A DNA stretch of 64,000 bases from Octopus sinensis (GCF_006345805.1 NC_043001.1:123132001-123196000), one strand, 5' to 3'; positions 26,851 through 40,600 are shown, numbered from the stretch's first letter. Program-made: numbers and translations. Notes: generated by a model from the letters alone, not told the origin.

Positions 26851-27604
26851 CATTTCAATATTAACAAGAATAGGATATTTTACGAAAAACAAATTATTAT
26901 TCATTGAAATAAGCACATATTTTAATGAATTTACATATTCAAACATAAACTATTTCAGTTATTGTTTCACAAAATAAATTCCTCTATTTAAAACAATTCG
27001 AATGGATTTATGTTCAAAATTATAAATAAGAATGTTATTAGCTTATTTAATTCGATTCAATTATGAATAGCTTGAAAATCAAATTATTCTAATATTAAAT
27101 GAATTGTTCTATAAGACGTTCGTGCTTTGCTTCTTTAATGTGTGTTCGACGAGAACGATTTCAGATAGACGAATAATGAACATGCTCCCTATTACACACA
27201 CAAACACACAATCACACACCAGCATATGTAAATGTCTTACTGGCGGGAAAATATGTTGCACGCGCATTTCAGGATGTGGCCTCCCGCTAGTAAGTACGGC
27301 CTATTTTTGAACGTGTAAGCTCAATTAAGTTGTTATTTCGTTAACCAATTGTGGCCCCACTTTCTCTATGCCCGAAGACAATATGTGAATTGTTTCTATT
27401 AACATGTAGGATATTAAGGAACCGAAAGATCCAGTTTGTATAAATAGTGCTCTGTTGGAAGCCAGGCCAATTTATTAATCATTGATGCACTTAACACCGC
27501 AATTTGCATTACGTAAATGTCGAGGAGACTCTATGAAAGCAGTACAAATTTTAAACCGTACTACAGTGTTTAATCGAAGCAGATTAGACAAATATAAACA
27601 AATG

Positions 27605-28025
27605 GGCGCAGGAGTGGCGCAGGAGTGGCGCAGGAGTGGCTGTGTGGTAAGTAGCTTGCTTACCAACCACATGGTTCCGGGTTCAGTCCCACTGCGTGGC
27701 ATCTTGGGCAAGTGTCTTCTGCTATAGCCCCGGGCCGACCAATGCCTTGTGAGTGGATTTGGTAGACGGAAACTGAAAGAAGCCTGTCGTATATATGTAT
27801 ATATATATATGTGTGTGTTTGTGTGCCTGTGTTTGTTCCCCTAGCATTGCTTGACAAACGATGCTGGTGTGTTTACGTCCCCGTAACTTAGCGGTTCGGC
27901 AAAAGAGACCGATAGAATAAGTACTGGGCTTTACAGAGAATAAGTCTCGGGGCCGATTTGCTCGACTAAAGGCGGTGCTCCAGCATGGCCGCAGTCAAAT
28001 GACTGAAACAAGTAAAAGAGTAAAA
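27605..28025 (+). mobile_element. Full-length SINE family A with triplicated 11-bp head
   Basis: ggcgcaggagt x3 (27605-27637), then the same body and tail as the 21.7 kb copy. Confidence 0.9.
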
Positions 28026-28419
28026 ATGTCTTAATATCTTCCTGGGAAGAAAACGTTCCCGGTTCGATTCATGTAGGTGATGCTAATTATCCATGAAAAT
28101 GTCGAAAAATCGGTATCCGCCACTGCTGGATGGGACAGGAGGCGAGTTGTCTCGCCTGTCTATGACTTTCAGAAGGTTTTAACACACAGAGTTATGAGAG
28201 AATCGTCCCTAAAGCGCTTTACTGCAGCGAACCAGCAAGCAAGCAAAACACATACATTGAGTATGTGGGGATCGATAATGTTTACAACACTAGCGCTGCG
28301 TTTCATTCATGATTATATATATATATATATATATGTATATGAGTGTATGTATGTATATATATATATACCTGTACATATACTGTACATACATACACTCTCA
28401 CACACACGCGCATACATAC

Positions 28420-28479
<60 letters not shown>

Positions 28480-28481
28480 GA

Positions 28482-28514
<33 letters not shown>

Positions 28515-29111
28515 TGAAGAAAAGAGAAGAGAGAGACCGGTGCATACATAGATACTTAGAAGGAAAGCGAACTCTATAAACATTATGCCATGACTTAAAA
28601 TAAAATACATGTTCATTTCCTGGCACAGCCGATACACTCGAAGAAAAAAACACCAAGACCATCAACTAGCTTCTTTCCCGGAAATATTTAAGTTTTCCAC
28701 TTTTCGGCAAATCAGTATTGAAAGAAAAAACAAAATAACAATTCTGCTAAAAGAAAGAATATAAATTTAGAGAAAAAATAAGAAACTAAAAATTCATCAG
28801 AATTATAGATACTTTTTTCAAAAAAAGGAAAATGTTCATGTATAATTAAACATATGTAAAAATATACTATATATATATATTATTTTCAGATATATGCAGT
28901 ATCTAAATGGCAAAAATTGAGATTCAGCATCGTTTCAAAAGCATTGGTGGGGAAAAAAGATGTCGCTCTAAAATTCGTTGTCTTTATGGAAACAATATTA
29001 TCCTTGCGTTGTGTGAGTGTGTGTATGTATATATGTATGTATGCATGTATGCATATACGTATGTATTTTTGCATGCATAGGCATACATGCATATATGTGT
29101 ATATATATGTA

Positions 29112-29161
<50 letters not shown>

Positions 29162-29384
29162 AATCTGTGTATGGGTGTGAGTTCGGGTGCGTGGTGCATG
29201 CGTGTATATTGGTTTACGGTGCTACACGCTTACAAATAACCTACACACATCGTGGAATTTAGCATAAATATGTAGTATGAATATATGTATTATATATTAT
29301 ATTACATACATATATACATACACACACACACACCATATATATATATATAATGCATGTATATATATATATTACGCATGTATATAC

Positions 29385-29466
<82 letters not shown>

Positions 29467-30671
29467 ATAGGCATAGACGTGTATATAATTAGATATGTAT
29501 ACATGTGAATATGCGTTTTAGTATATCAAATGTATTTGGATACGTCTCAAAAAAGATGTTTAAAGTACACCATAATGAGTTGTCATTGGATAGATGGACA
29601 ACCATATCACTCATGGAACTATTAACCTTAGTGTTATGTTTGTAATACAATACATTTCAAACGGTGTGGTCAGTACTTGTTACATATGTGTTCACACACA
29701 CACACACACACATACACACACACACAAATATATATGTATGTGTGTGTGTATGTATGTGTTCGTGTGTGGTTCTAAAGACACACACTCACACACACACACA
29801 TATACATGTACGTATCTCTCTCTCCCCCTCTCTCTCTCTCTATCTATTTATATCATATATAGAAAGTTACAACTTTCTAAATTGTTTCAATCTAGAGAAT
29901 ATAGGATGTATCAGAAGCTAACATTGAGAGACATTCCTTTACAGTGTATTGCATTTAGGTGAGGTTTCATGTGTGTGAGCGTGTGCTTGAGTGTGGGCAT
30001 GTGTTATGTGTGTGTGTGTGTGTCTGTGTGTGCACGTGTGTGTTTGTAAGTGTTTATGTGTGTGCGTGCATGTAACTGTGTATGTGTGCATGCGAAATCG
30101 TGAGGTGGATGTAGGAATATAAAGAGCAGAAAGGGTTTACATTTTGTGTTTTGTGTATCACATATAATATAGAACTTAATATGACTGCACAATGATTAAA
30201 AACGTGAATATCCTATGTGCATTCTATGTTTTCTTTAAACTATTCTATAATATATATATATAAAGTACATGTATGCGTATACATGTTTATATGGATATAT
30301 ACGCTGGGACTTAAAAATACTCAGGTTGGTATCCGAGGGCACAGTAAACCCGCTAGGAATTTGGGTCACCTGGTTTTGTCAAGGCATCTTTCTAGCAGAC
30401 GGCTAACTTCTATAAAATCCCCTGCTCCACTGAGCCAGATATCTTGCACTTTGCTTGTCTCTGGGTTTCATAGCATTACTAGCGAGAGTCGTTGTGGTGT
30501 TGTGCAAACCACACTCATCTTAAAACCTTTGCAAGGGTATTGCTGACAATTCCGTAGCGATTGTCATGCTCGTCTGACGTGTACACAGCCATAATATATA
30601 TATGTATATATATATAAATATATCTAACTAAATATACATCTCTCTCTATATGTGTGCATTAAGGTGCGTAC

Positions 30672-30711
<40 letters not shown>

Positions 30712-30885
30712 ATATATATATATATATAATATCTGTGATTATATGAATATGCATATATATATATACATATACAAAAAGAATGACAAATGTATATATATAT
30801 GCGCATATATTTATATAGTTATATATGCATTGATATGTAGGAACACGCATACATATACACATCCATCTATACGGACATATACACA

Positions 30886-30926
<41 letters not shown>

Positions 30927-32949
30927 TTATATACAATTGTATATGTAAATGTGCATATACATACATGTATATATAAATGTACATATACATACATGTATAT
31001 ATACATACATATATAAATGTATATATATATACATACAAATATATATACACGTATACACATATACACACAAGTCACTAGATTGGGGAAAAAAGCATCTTTT
31101 ATCTTTCAAATATATGCTATTGAAAACACTATGCACCAGTTTAAACTTTTAAATAAAGATCTTTTGTCATATTTCTTCTGTTTATCATTTTACTTGAAAC
31201 AATGTTTTTTCCTCAGATCTATCAAAGTTACAACAAATATATTTTGAAACCTAGTTGCAGAAAGAAGTAGCAAAACACTCTCTCTCACACTCACCCCTCT
31301 CCACAAAGATACATGTATACTGTTTTGAAATGGTGACGTCAACAGTATATATATGTATGTGTGTGTGTGCGTGCGTCTATGTGCGTGCATATATATACGT
31401 ATATATATATATATATACGTGTACACATACACACACATATATATATACAGATGAGCATAGACTAACGATAGAGGAAAATGTCTATACAAACATGGAAATA
31501 ATGTAAGACTACAAGTACACACATGCACAAATACACATGCAGAACTCCAGTCTGTATAGAACTTCATTCATTGAATCCCTACTCAGAAGGGTCTTTACAT
31601 TTTCTCTACAAAAGAATCAATAAAACGAAATGAAATGAGTAAGATAAACGCTAATCAATAGATATTCAAATAATTTAGTTTACTGGATTATCAACAATCC
31701 AGAAACGAATTCAACGCAATAAATACTTCAAACAAACCAACGATAGAAGTATATTACATGAACGAAATGCACTCACGCTACTAAATAAACGAACTTATTA
31801 TCTACCAGAACAAAGATTGTATTGAACCAAATAATATTAGTATATTCGCAGTATATTTGGAAAAACAGAAATTAAAAGTCTCCTAATCAATAACCAACCC
31901 CAGTCCCGCAAGATTCTAGATAAACACTAAACGATTAATTTAATTTGCAAAATTCCGATGAAAACTTGAAAGTGTAAACTTAACGACTCCGACTATTATA
32001 TTACACAAACATGTACTAGGCTTTCTCGCTAGATGAACATACATCCGCAACAAGGAGCCATTGTGGTTTATCATATTAAATCACAGATCTAGATGAAAAC
32101 AAACATTCATACTATACAATAAGCATCCCACCCCTGCAAACTTTGAATATTAATCTAGAAGTCAAATCAATGGTAAAATATAACGGAAAAAATTAAGATA
32201 CCCCTAATGCTATCTTAATGCTAGCATCTTAGCTGTATGGTAACATCACATACTATATCCAAATTATTTTCTGATTGCTGAAAGAAATCTAACGTCTGGC
32301 GTTAATGAATGAAGAACAGATAAAAATATTTCTATAGTTTTCGCCTTCAATAAAACGGAACTAGTAACTACTAAAATCTTTTCATCCAGGAGATAACACT
32401 GAGAAGAAGTCGAAACGTTGATGGACTTCGGAAATTTATTGTTCCAGACATAACATAAAGAGTTTATAAGGTAATATGAAAAATCTTAATAAAAAAAAAA
32501 AGCTAAAACTGGTGCAAGTTCTCGTTTCAATAGGATTTTTGCGTACACACATTTAAACTCGTTTGATGTTCGGTTGCATAAAGTTCTGTACCGAAAAAAC
32601 CGATCATCAGATAACGAATCGATGAAGAAAATTATAAAAACATAAAACTAAAAACTTTCAAAACTTTCTTTTTCAAAAGATGCAATCTTATGGCAAACTA
32701 TTCGGAACAAAACCTAAGCTAAAAGAACACTATTTGAAAGGAACAATAAGCAAATAGATTTATATTTTGCTTACTTTACATACACACACGCACACACATG
32801 ATTGAATGCTTGCGTAATGTACACCTATATATATGTACACCATAGTATATATATATATATATATATACATACTATACATATATAACATATATATGTATAT
32901 ACATATATATATATACATATACATATATATATACCATATATATATATAC

Positions 32950-32981
<32 letters not shown>

Positions 32982-33036
32982 TATACATATATATACATAT
33001 ATATATAATATACATATATATATATATATATACATA

Positions 33037-33067
<31 letters not shown>

Positions 33068-33123
33068 CATATACTATATATATATACATATATATATATA
33101 TACATATACATATATATACATAC

Positions 33124-33194
<71 letters not shown>

Positions 33195-33902
33195 CATTAA
33201 ACATATATATATATATATACATATAACGTTGCATTGTAATTCTTCAATTTATTTGTTACAGAGAAGCATTGTTTTTGTCTTTTGTATTCCTCTTTGTTTA
33301 CTTTCTCCAGGGTTTGAGCAAATTACTGTTCAATTTGAACTTAACAGAATAATTAAAACTTAAATTACAATATCTTTTATATAATTTTATATACATGAAG
33401 AAATCTTTTCTTCACGAAGCAAAACATTTAGAGTGAAATATGCTACCCTGTTACCCGAGAAAATGAAAATAAGAAATGGTGTTGCTAATGAATGGCATTC
33501 AAACAGACAAGATACATACATACATACATTATATACATATACACATGCATATATATAGATTGACCCTAACTACCTACATAATATATATATATAAATTAAA
33601 TTAGAGATAAAACCTATTACTTATATTATATTTAACTTTTTTTTATACTTTTGGTTAGTTAAAGAAAAATATAAAAATTAAAAATTTAAAAATTTAAAAA
33701 TTTAAAATTCTAATAATTTAAATTTTAAATATATATTATATATTATATTATATTTATTTTTTGTTTTTTATGTTTTGGTTTTGTCTATCACTGTTTGAGT
33801 TGTCTAATAGTGGTTTTATCTCTAATTTAATTTATATTTATACTGTGAAATTTATTTAATCCTAAATCTAATTTCTCCCTGTAAGTTTGGATATACTACC
33901 TA

Positions 33903-33945
<43 letters not shown>

Positions 33946-33963
33946 TTATATATATATATATAA

Positions 33964-34020
<57 letters not shown>

Positions 34021-34466
34021 CCACACACTTATTTAGCGACGTCTATTACCTTCTAAATGTATATATGCATATTTTATACGGTTAAGTTGAAAAAATGTTT
34101 TAAGCAAACTTATATATTCAATCTTGACTTTCTTTTTATGTAGAAGTCAAAATAACTTCATATCTGCAAGTATGTTCTCTCATCATATTTCGTATACCTG
34201 TATTATGCATAATAGTATATTTGTCTATACAGCATATATATATTATGTATATCGCGAAGTTATGTAGACATTGCTATTTTGCATGTGCGTGCGTATTTGT
34301 GTGCATGCGTGTGTCTGTGTGTGTGTGTGTGTGTGTGTGTAAAATTATGAGTAAGCGTGCGTGCATGTCATTCATAGATAACAGAGTAAGGGAATGTATG
34401 TTGTATTCACCGTGTATGCACCCACACTCTCACGTGCACAGAGTTTATATATATATATATATATAT

Positions 34467-34819
34467 TATATAAAAGGGCTTAGTAAAATAAATTACTTTG
34501 CCGCATACTGAACTCATTAGAAATAGTAGCTAAAAAAACTTTTTTAAAACTATTTCTAATACTTAAAGAAAACCTCTCTCATATAGCGTTTGCTCAATTC
34601 AACTCACAAAAGTATGGGGGTAAAGACATTAAAAAATCAAATGCAAAGGTTATTTTTTAATGTCTTTACCCCATACTTTTGTGAGTTGAATTGAGCAAAC
34701 GCTATATGAGAGAGTTTTCTTTAAGTATTAGAAATAGTTTTAAAAAAGTTTTTTAGCTACTATTTCTAATGAGTTCAGTATGCGGCAAAGTAATTTATTT
34801 TACTAAGCCTTTTTATATA
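34467..34819. mobile_element. Fold-back/MITE-like element: about 171-bp inverted arms with 14-nt spacer
   Basis: Left arm tatataaaagggcttagtaaaaataaattac...gacattaaaaaat, spacer caaatgcaaaggtt (34638-34651), right arm its reverse complement; I counted 3 differences. Confidence 0.85.
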
Positions 34820-34942
34820 TGTAATAATTTGAATTCGCCTTAAATGGTCCTTTGCATACTGAATACTTGGTGAAATTGATTAATAATTAATTAATTTTAC
34901 CCTCAATTGTTGAAATTATATATATATATATATATATATTTA

Positions 34943-34993
<51 letters not shown>

Positions 34994-35329
34994 GTGTGTG
35001 TGTGTAAACACACATATACATACGCGTATATATGTATATATGCATATTCAGTTAGGTATGTACATGTTAATATGTCTGTATGGATATGTGCATATGTATC
35101 AAGCTTGTAGAACGTAGAAAGTTAAGTGGATTGGAATATATCACTGGGTCGTCCATTTTGGTGAATGCATATATAATATATATCTATCTATATCTGGATT
35201 TTGGTATGTTTGTCTATATATGTATATTATATATATATATATATAATATAATATATATATATAATATATATATAGTTACAATATTGTGATAATTATGAAA
35301 GTCCTCAGCTGTTTAGGTTGTCCACGTAC

Positions 35330-35375
35330 TGTTCATTGCAGTTCTTCTTGGATGATTCTGGTTTCGCTTTTACAC
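35330..35375 (-). CDS. Candidate small exon following the FS exon: (C)VKAKPESSKKNCNE
   Basis: Acceptor gttttttgtgtgaattacag|GT would complete the split TGT Cys codon of the FS exon. Donor CA|GTACGT (phase 2), or read-through to TGA after QYVDNLNS. Unique, less AT-rich island; no homology support. Confidence 0.25.
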
Positions 35376-35470
35376 CTGTAATTCACACAAAAAACGTATA
35401 ACGCTGTAATTAAATATTATCATTGTAGCATAGAAAACGAAATGTACATGAAATAGTAAATAAAATAATC

Positions 35471-35509
<39 letters not shown>

Positions 35510-36459
35510 TCATGACAATCTCCCCATCAATTTGCTTCCACCCGTAATATATGTAGAAGTGCTATGAATTACATCTCACAGTAGTTACTGATATCATGAT
35601 ATCAAACTCCAATTCCGAAAAGTCAAACTTGCTAACTCTGTGCGTTTTCATAGCGGATGAACGTTCGTGTTACAATATATACATATTTGATAGGGGTATT
35701 TTTTCTTCAGTTCAATTGAATTAAGTACGATAACGGACGCCCGGTACCAATACCGATACCTGAACCAATATTTCGCACAGAAAGAATAAAGTTTTATATT
35801 TTGTTCTGATATTTTATGCAGACTATCGCACTCTGCATGGTGTTTCTGAATTATGTATTATATATGTGACATATTTATTATTCAAATTATATATAAGCTA
35901 CTTTATTGTGTTTGTTATGCGTGCGATACACTGAGCCGTAAAAAAAATGTCTTGCATGAAACCAGTCCTCGGTGCAAAAAATGTTGGGGACTCTTGAATT
36001 ATCATATTTGCATTGCCCTGTTTTGGTAATTAACGCTTTCGAAGCTATTAGTTCTTGTGATCTATAAAATATAGACGACACTAAGAATATTCGTTCGGCA
36101 GCCGTAGTTTCTTAAGGTTATGTACGGAAATCAATTAAATTGACCTCAAGACTGGACTAGCACACCATTTTTGCTTGGCTCCGAAATGATGAAAGAAACG
36201 TCGCACTCATCGTGATTTGAACTAAAAGAAAAGGCCCGGAATTAAACATTGAAAATGTCTTATGTCTCTGATTCGTTATTCGAAACACTATCGGCCATTA
36301 AGTGCCTTTCATTCTGTATATCTAAATGACAACTAGGATAGGTTTACATGTACTGCATTGGCATCTGATATAGAAAGCCGAATATTACGTTAGGGATTGA
36401 ATTAGTGTTTATTTCGTCTCAGTGCAACTTTGAATAAAATACGATAGATAGATTAATAA

Positions 36460-36510
<51 letters not shown>

Positions 36511-36631
36511 TACATGATTTATTTAAATATTAATGGGCCTATTTCATTTAATGGTTTCTCTTTCCAACGAACACTCCGTTTTCAACGCTGACATTTTCTA
36601 GTCTTTTCAGTCGATAGTGTACACACACCCC

Positions 36632-36664
<33 letters not shown>

Positions 36665-37385
36665 ACATACACATATATATACATGTATATGTATATATAT
36701 ACATATATGTATATATATATACATATATGTATATATATATGTATATATATATATATATGTATATATATCTATATATCTATATATACATGTGTATGTATGT
36801 ATGTGTATATATACATATATATATATATACATATATATACAGATATATATGTACATATATACATATATATATATATATATATCTATATATATAATATATA
36901 TATATATATAATATATATATATATATATACATGTATGTACGTATGTGTGTATACATGCATAGCCTGGTATTCACATTCAGATAGACTTAGTATGTAAATT
37001 GAATTACGATTTTAAGTGTAAATATTTCAATAAAAAGTATACATAGACGTAATCACAAAGAGAGGGTGAGATAAGTAGTATGTGAGTACTAAAGGGAATA
37101 TAACTGATAATTTATATTGCGATCGAACATTTTTAACTGTCAGGTTGCTTGGCTCACCGCCATTTCACCATTTCTCTTTAGACCTTACGTTAAGTTTAGA
37201 CGCAAAGGGACTACTTCGAAACGGTCAGTTAATGTGCATTAGTTTACACGGCCAATAAAGAAAAGACCAAGGCTATTAGTAAATATATTCCGACCATAAT
37301 TGGATCGACCTCTCATTCATTTTCTGTGAATTTACGTATCCATTTATTATTTCATTTTACTTGTTTATAAGCACGGACACCCCGA

Positions 37386-37424
<39 letters not shown>

Positions 37425-37540
37425 TACACTCACTCACACACATCCACACACATACATTACATAGATGTTTAGGGTAAATCCCGGCTGTTGAAGCACGTAT
37501 AATGGGGAATAAATAATACCAAAAGATTTCCATTTTCCTG

Positions 37541-37590
<50 letters not shown>

Positions 37591-37599
37591 GATATATAT

Positions 37600-37790
37600 A
37601 TACTTTTATTAAGCTGCAAAATTATCACAGAACTTTAATTCAGAGTTTCCCATTCCTGTTCGTCAGACAGTTGTGATGAATACTCCTATTAAATATTATT
37701 TTGCAGCTTTAATAAAAGCATATTACTCTACCTATGGTATTCGAGTAATATTTTTTCCACATTGTTTTGCATTTATATGCTTACTTGTGT
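37600..37790. mobile_element. Penelope-like terminal-repeat fragments in inverted arrangement, with hammerhead-like motif on minus (37624-37677)
   Basis: ttttattaagctgcaaaa (37604-37621) inverted at 37699-37717; minus strand CTGACGA-ACA ggaa TGG-GAA-ACTC t GAAT; homologous to 40.7-40.9 kb. Confidence 0.6.
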
Positions 37791-38508
37791 ATATGTGTTA
37801 ATGTGTGTGTGTGTGTGTATTTGTTATCAAAATATGACTTTCCACTCGACTTATGATCTACCATTATGATCATCCAGTGTTGAAAATCGATAGACTAATA
37901 TTTTGTTTTTGGTGGAATAAACCTATCAGTCTACATAATCGATTGTAGTGAGTTCTATATGAGACAATATTTGTACCCAGTGTAGTACATGATTTTATGT
38001 ATTACATATTGTACAAGCCTTACATTTCGTTATTTTTTATAACACCCATGACGGTGTATTGGCAGAATCGGTAGAGCGTTGAACAAAATCCCTTATGGAA
38101 TTTGTTCCGGAACTTTAGGGCCTGATTAAAATCTCGCCTAGGTCAACTTTGTTTGACATCAATCCAAGGTTGATAAAATAAAGTATCAGTCGCCTTCTGA
38201 GGTCGATAAAATAGCTGATCTTATCAGAAGATGGTACTACACCAGCTAAACAATGAATTAAATCTAAAGCTTTAAATCGGATGAGATTCTAAACAGTTTC
38301 CATTCACCAAATTTCATTCACAACACTTAGGATCAACCCAAGTCTATGATAAAATAACCTTGTCCAAGATGCTGAGAAATTGTATTTATTGAACATTGAC
38401 CTACGTGGTTGCAAAGTAAACAACTTAAGCTAAATGGTTATGCCAGAGCCTGGGTTTCTTAACCGCATAGGCATACCTGACCCCTTTAAGTAAAATTTTA
38501 CTTTTATT

Positions 38509-38760
38509 ATGGCAGAATCGTAAGAGCTTCGGGAAAAAAAGAAAGATTTTCAGCTTTCGTTCTCGTTCTTTTCAAATCCTGCCGAGGTCAACTTTGCCTT
38601 TCATCCTTTCAGGGTCGATAAAACAAGTACCAGTTGAGCACTGGGTTTGATATAATCGGCTTACCCCTGCCCTGAAATTGTCGGGTTGGTGCCAAAATTT
38701 GAAACCCATATTATTGTTATTATTATTATTGTTGTTATTATTATTATCATTATTATTATT
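38509..38760 (+). mobile_element. tRNA-derived SINE family C with (ATT)n tail
   Basis: tggcagaatcg...tcaaatcctgccgaggtcaactttgcctttcatcctttc..gtcgataaa..gtaccagttgagcactgg; related copies at about 8590-8735(-), 38056-38210(+), 60085-60172(-), 61838-62046(+). Confidence 0.8.
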
Positions 38761-38889
38761 TAGTAGTCTTATTTTTATCACGTGCTTTCACTGCACTACC
38801 GAGCGCAGTGAAAGCCCATGATAAAAATAAGACTAAAAATAACAACAACAACAACAACAATAATGATAATAATTTATTTATTTCTTTAT

Positions 38890-39095
38890 TTTCAACAGGG
38901 GGCTGAACATAGAGGAGAGAAACAAGGACAGACAAGGGCATTAAATCGATTACATCGATTCCAGTGCGTAACTGGTACTTATTTAATCGGTCCCGAAAGG
39001 ATGAAAGGCAAAATCGACCTCGGTGGAATTTGAACTCAGAACGTAACAGCAGACGAACTACCGTTAAACATTTCGCTTGTCGTGCTAACGTTTCT
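38890..39095 (-). mobile_element. tRNA-derived SINE family C, inverted relative to the 38.5 kb copy
   Basis: Minus strand ctgagttcaaattccaccgaggtcgattttgcctttcatcctttcgggaccgattaaataagtaccagtt. Confidence 0.8.
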
Positions 39096-39169
39096 ATAGT
39101 AATAGTAGTGGTAAAAGTGATGACATAGATTAGAAGACATAGGTTGATGACATAGGTTGGATAACTTAC

Positions 39170-39406
39170 AGAAATGCTTTGGTTTTTCTTCAATAAGTTT
39201 CTGCTGAAGGCAAGAAGTTCGTTTCATCACACAAAGGTTTGTGTGAAGGATTCCATCGGATCCGCATACGGCGATATCGTGGCCTTTTCGTTCCTTGGGA
39301 TCCTCATTTTCTTTCTTGCAGTCGAAATCACAGTTGCATTGGAAGTCTTCTGAGTCATGATCACAAACTCCGCCATACTTGCAGTTATATGAATTGCACT
39401 GGTTCT
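39170..39406 (-). CDS. Internal exon encoding a follistatin module (FOLN + Kazal), agrin/TMEFF(tomoregulin)-like
   Basis: Translation ENQCNSYNCKYGGVCDHDSEDFQCNCDFDC...AVCGSDGILHTNLCVMKRTSCLQQKLIEEKPKHF(C): 10-Cys FS pattern (last Cys codon split by the intron) with the VCGSDG Kazal motif. Acceptor tcttttcatgttag|AG, donor T|GTAAGT; 237 nt, phase 1-1. Confidence 0.9.
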
Positions 39407-40395
39407 CTAACATGAAAAGAACAAAGAGGATGTTAAAATATATATTTGGTAATAGGAAGAATACATTCTCCATAAAGTAAGGTATAATTAAGCGAGGTAT
39501 TTTTCTTCAAAAGTGCAAAAGAAACATATATGCATAGAAATATGTATCATATGGGTCTACGACAATAGACCCATGTAATTTCATAATATGGAAGACGAGA
39601 AGGAAAAAGCTAACTTGTGATATACATTATTAGTATACTCATACAAATACATTAATATAAAATTATATAAAAAAAGATTGATAACGACTTGATCTCTAAA
39701 TTAACGAGGAGGTTGTTTTGGAACACAGAATACTGCGTTATTTATCTTGCGAGGGTCTCTCACAAGGACTCATGGCGCATAAAAGCACACATAGTTATAT
39801 CGTTGGCAGACGACAATAGTCTGATACGGCCCCCAAAACAGCCAGATCCCGTGATTTCAGCCTGTTATGAGTTCCTTAGCAATAAATGTCCAGCAGCGTG
39901 ATAACAGTCGAACCTCACGTCGACGATTTAAAGAATCTCATTGACTATCCGGGCACTTGTGTTGCAAATAGCCAGTGTCTAATTTTTTAAAAATAATTAA
40001 TTGCGACAGAACTAATATTAATACCAAAAAAGTAATCTTTAGATCCAACTTTACGATATAATTACATGTCCTTTTATATATCATGAGTCATTATGACAGA
40101 CCATCTCGAGATAAAAGACGTAGTATTCTGTGGTATAACACAAGCTCTAAGTTATGTTGGAAATCAAGATTACCTTTTGGTATTAATGCTACTCCTGTCG
40201 CTATTGATTTCTTTTTAATAAGCTCACTGGCTATTTGCTACGCTAGTATCTGAATAGACACTTTGATTCAATGGAATTGCCATGTTATTTGAGCTTAAAC
40301 GATTTCCGAGAACGCTATATTAGCCTGCCCAAATTACTGCACTATCTGATCATGAAACGTAAAGTAGCTCATGTATATCTTCATAATTCATTATA

Positions 40396-40458
<63 letters not shown>

Positions 40459-40600
40459 ATTTATATATATATATATATACATACATATCGCTGGATTGAG
40501 TACTTCTTTTTGCTGATCCTGTCAAGAAACTAATAGCACACTATATACATACACACACACGATATATATGTTTATATATTATATAATGTATATGTGCATG

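Noticed and set aside
27230-27300. CpG patch with E2F-like GGCGGGAAAA as a promoter or a 60-nt exon
   Set aside because: Single short motif, mid-intron, weak acceptor, no other promoter evidence.
36130-36225. Strong minus-strand acceptor ccttttcttttag
   Set aside because: Would not restore the FS terminal Cys (starts TT); frames end in stops, and the donors are poor or out of phase.
37158-37185. Possible 15- or 26-nt microexon starting GT (CLKRN)
   Set aside because: No polypyrimidine tract and a weak donor; too easily found by chance.
39551-39574. Small hairpins (9-bp stem here; 14-bp stem at 56755-56792)
   Set aside because: Isolated, with no Helitron, histone stem-loop or terminator context that I can support.
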